From NCBI GenBank assembly GCA_030167865.1, contig JALAGF010003442.1, positions 1-59,300 of the forward strand: 59,300 bases of DNA. Direction: 5' to 3'. The position numbers and the translations under genes are program-made. The notes under the pieces were generated by a model. It saw nothing but the letters and a program-made list of their open reading frames with translations, was not told where the DNA came from and did no database searches. Positions 59,086-59,300 of the stretch are shown here, in pieces. Positions within the stretch are counted from its first letter, which is position 1. Every line of letters starts with the position of its first letter. The DNA comes from Craspedostauros australis. Its lineage: Eukaryota.

Positions 59086-59300
59086 TTTGTCCACTCACGA
59101 CTCCACGAGCTCGTGATTGAGCTGAATCGAGTCGTGCTTTATGACGTAGTTCCCGTCAAGCGCTGAAGTTGCGCGCCGGGCGTGCCTGATCCCCGTTCTC
59201 GCCCGATCCTCAATCTCGCGCTTGGTTAGTTGTGAGGTTCGCTTGTGCAAACGAGTGTCATTTTCGTGTCGTTTGGCGAACGGGCGTGATGCCGAAAACA

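Overview
Gene-dense eukaryotic nuclear DNA, most likely from a diatom. The evidence is GT-AG introns of about 135-400 nt, signal peptides followed by ASAF-type plastid-targeting motifs, an alternative squalene epoxidase and diatom-type expanded families. About 21 protein genes can be supported. In order: a >2,680-aa TBC Rab-GAP that runs off the left edge and is missing from the ORF track, Mpv17/PMP22, a MerA/LPD-like disulfide reductase, CIA2/MIP18, a CRTISO-like enzyme, TFIIE-alpha, AltSQE, a Cys-less LOV-like PAS protein, a rhomboid protease, an RCC1-repeat protein, a short Qb-SNARE, an ABC1K kinase, a nicotinamidase-like hydrolase, an F-box/cyclin fusion, an unknown plastid protein, a SohB-like S49 peptidase, a Tat-targeted lumen protein, an RVxF-motif protein, an LRR protein, Spt4 and an AAA-less M41-like protease. 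No rRNA, tRNA, CRISPR array or intact mobile element was seen. The most notable items are an F-box + degenerate kinase-lobe + cyclin fusion, an F-box-like segment fused to a giant TBC GAP, and tandem TGACGT sites and a G4/(GA)n element in divergent promoters. Family calls come from motif recognition only; no database search was run. Splice models were derived by hand and checked for reading frame.
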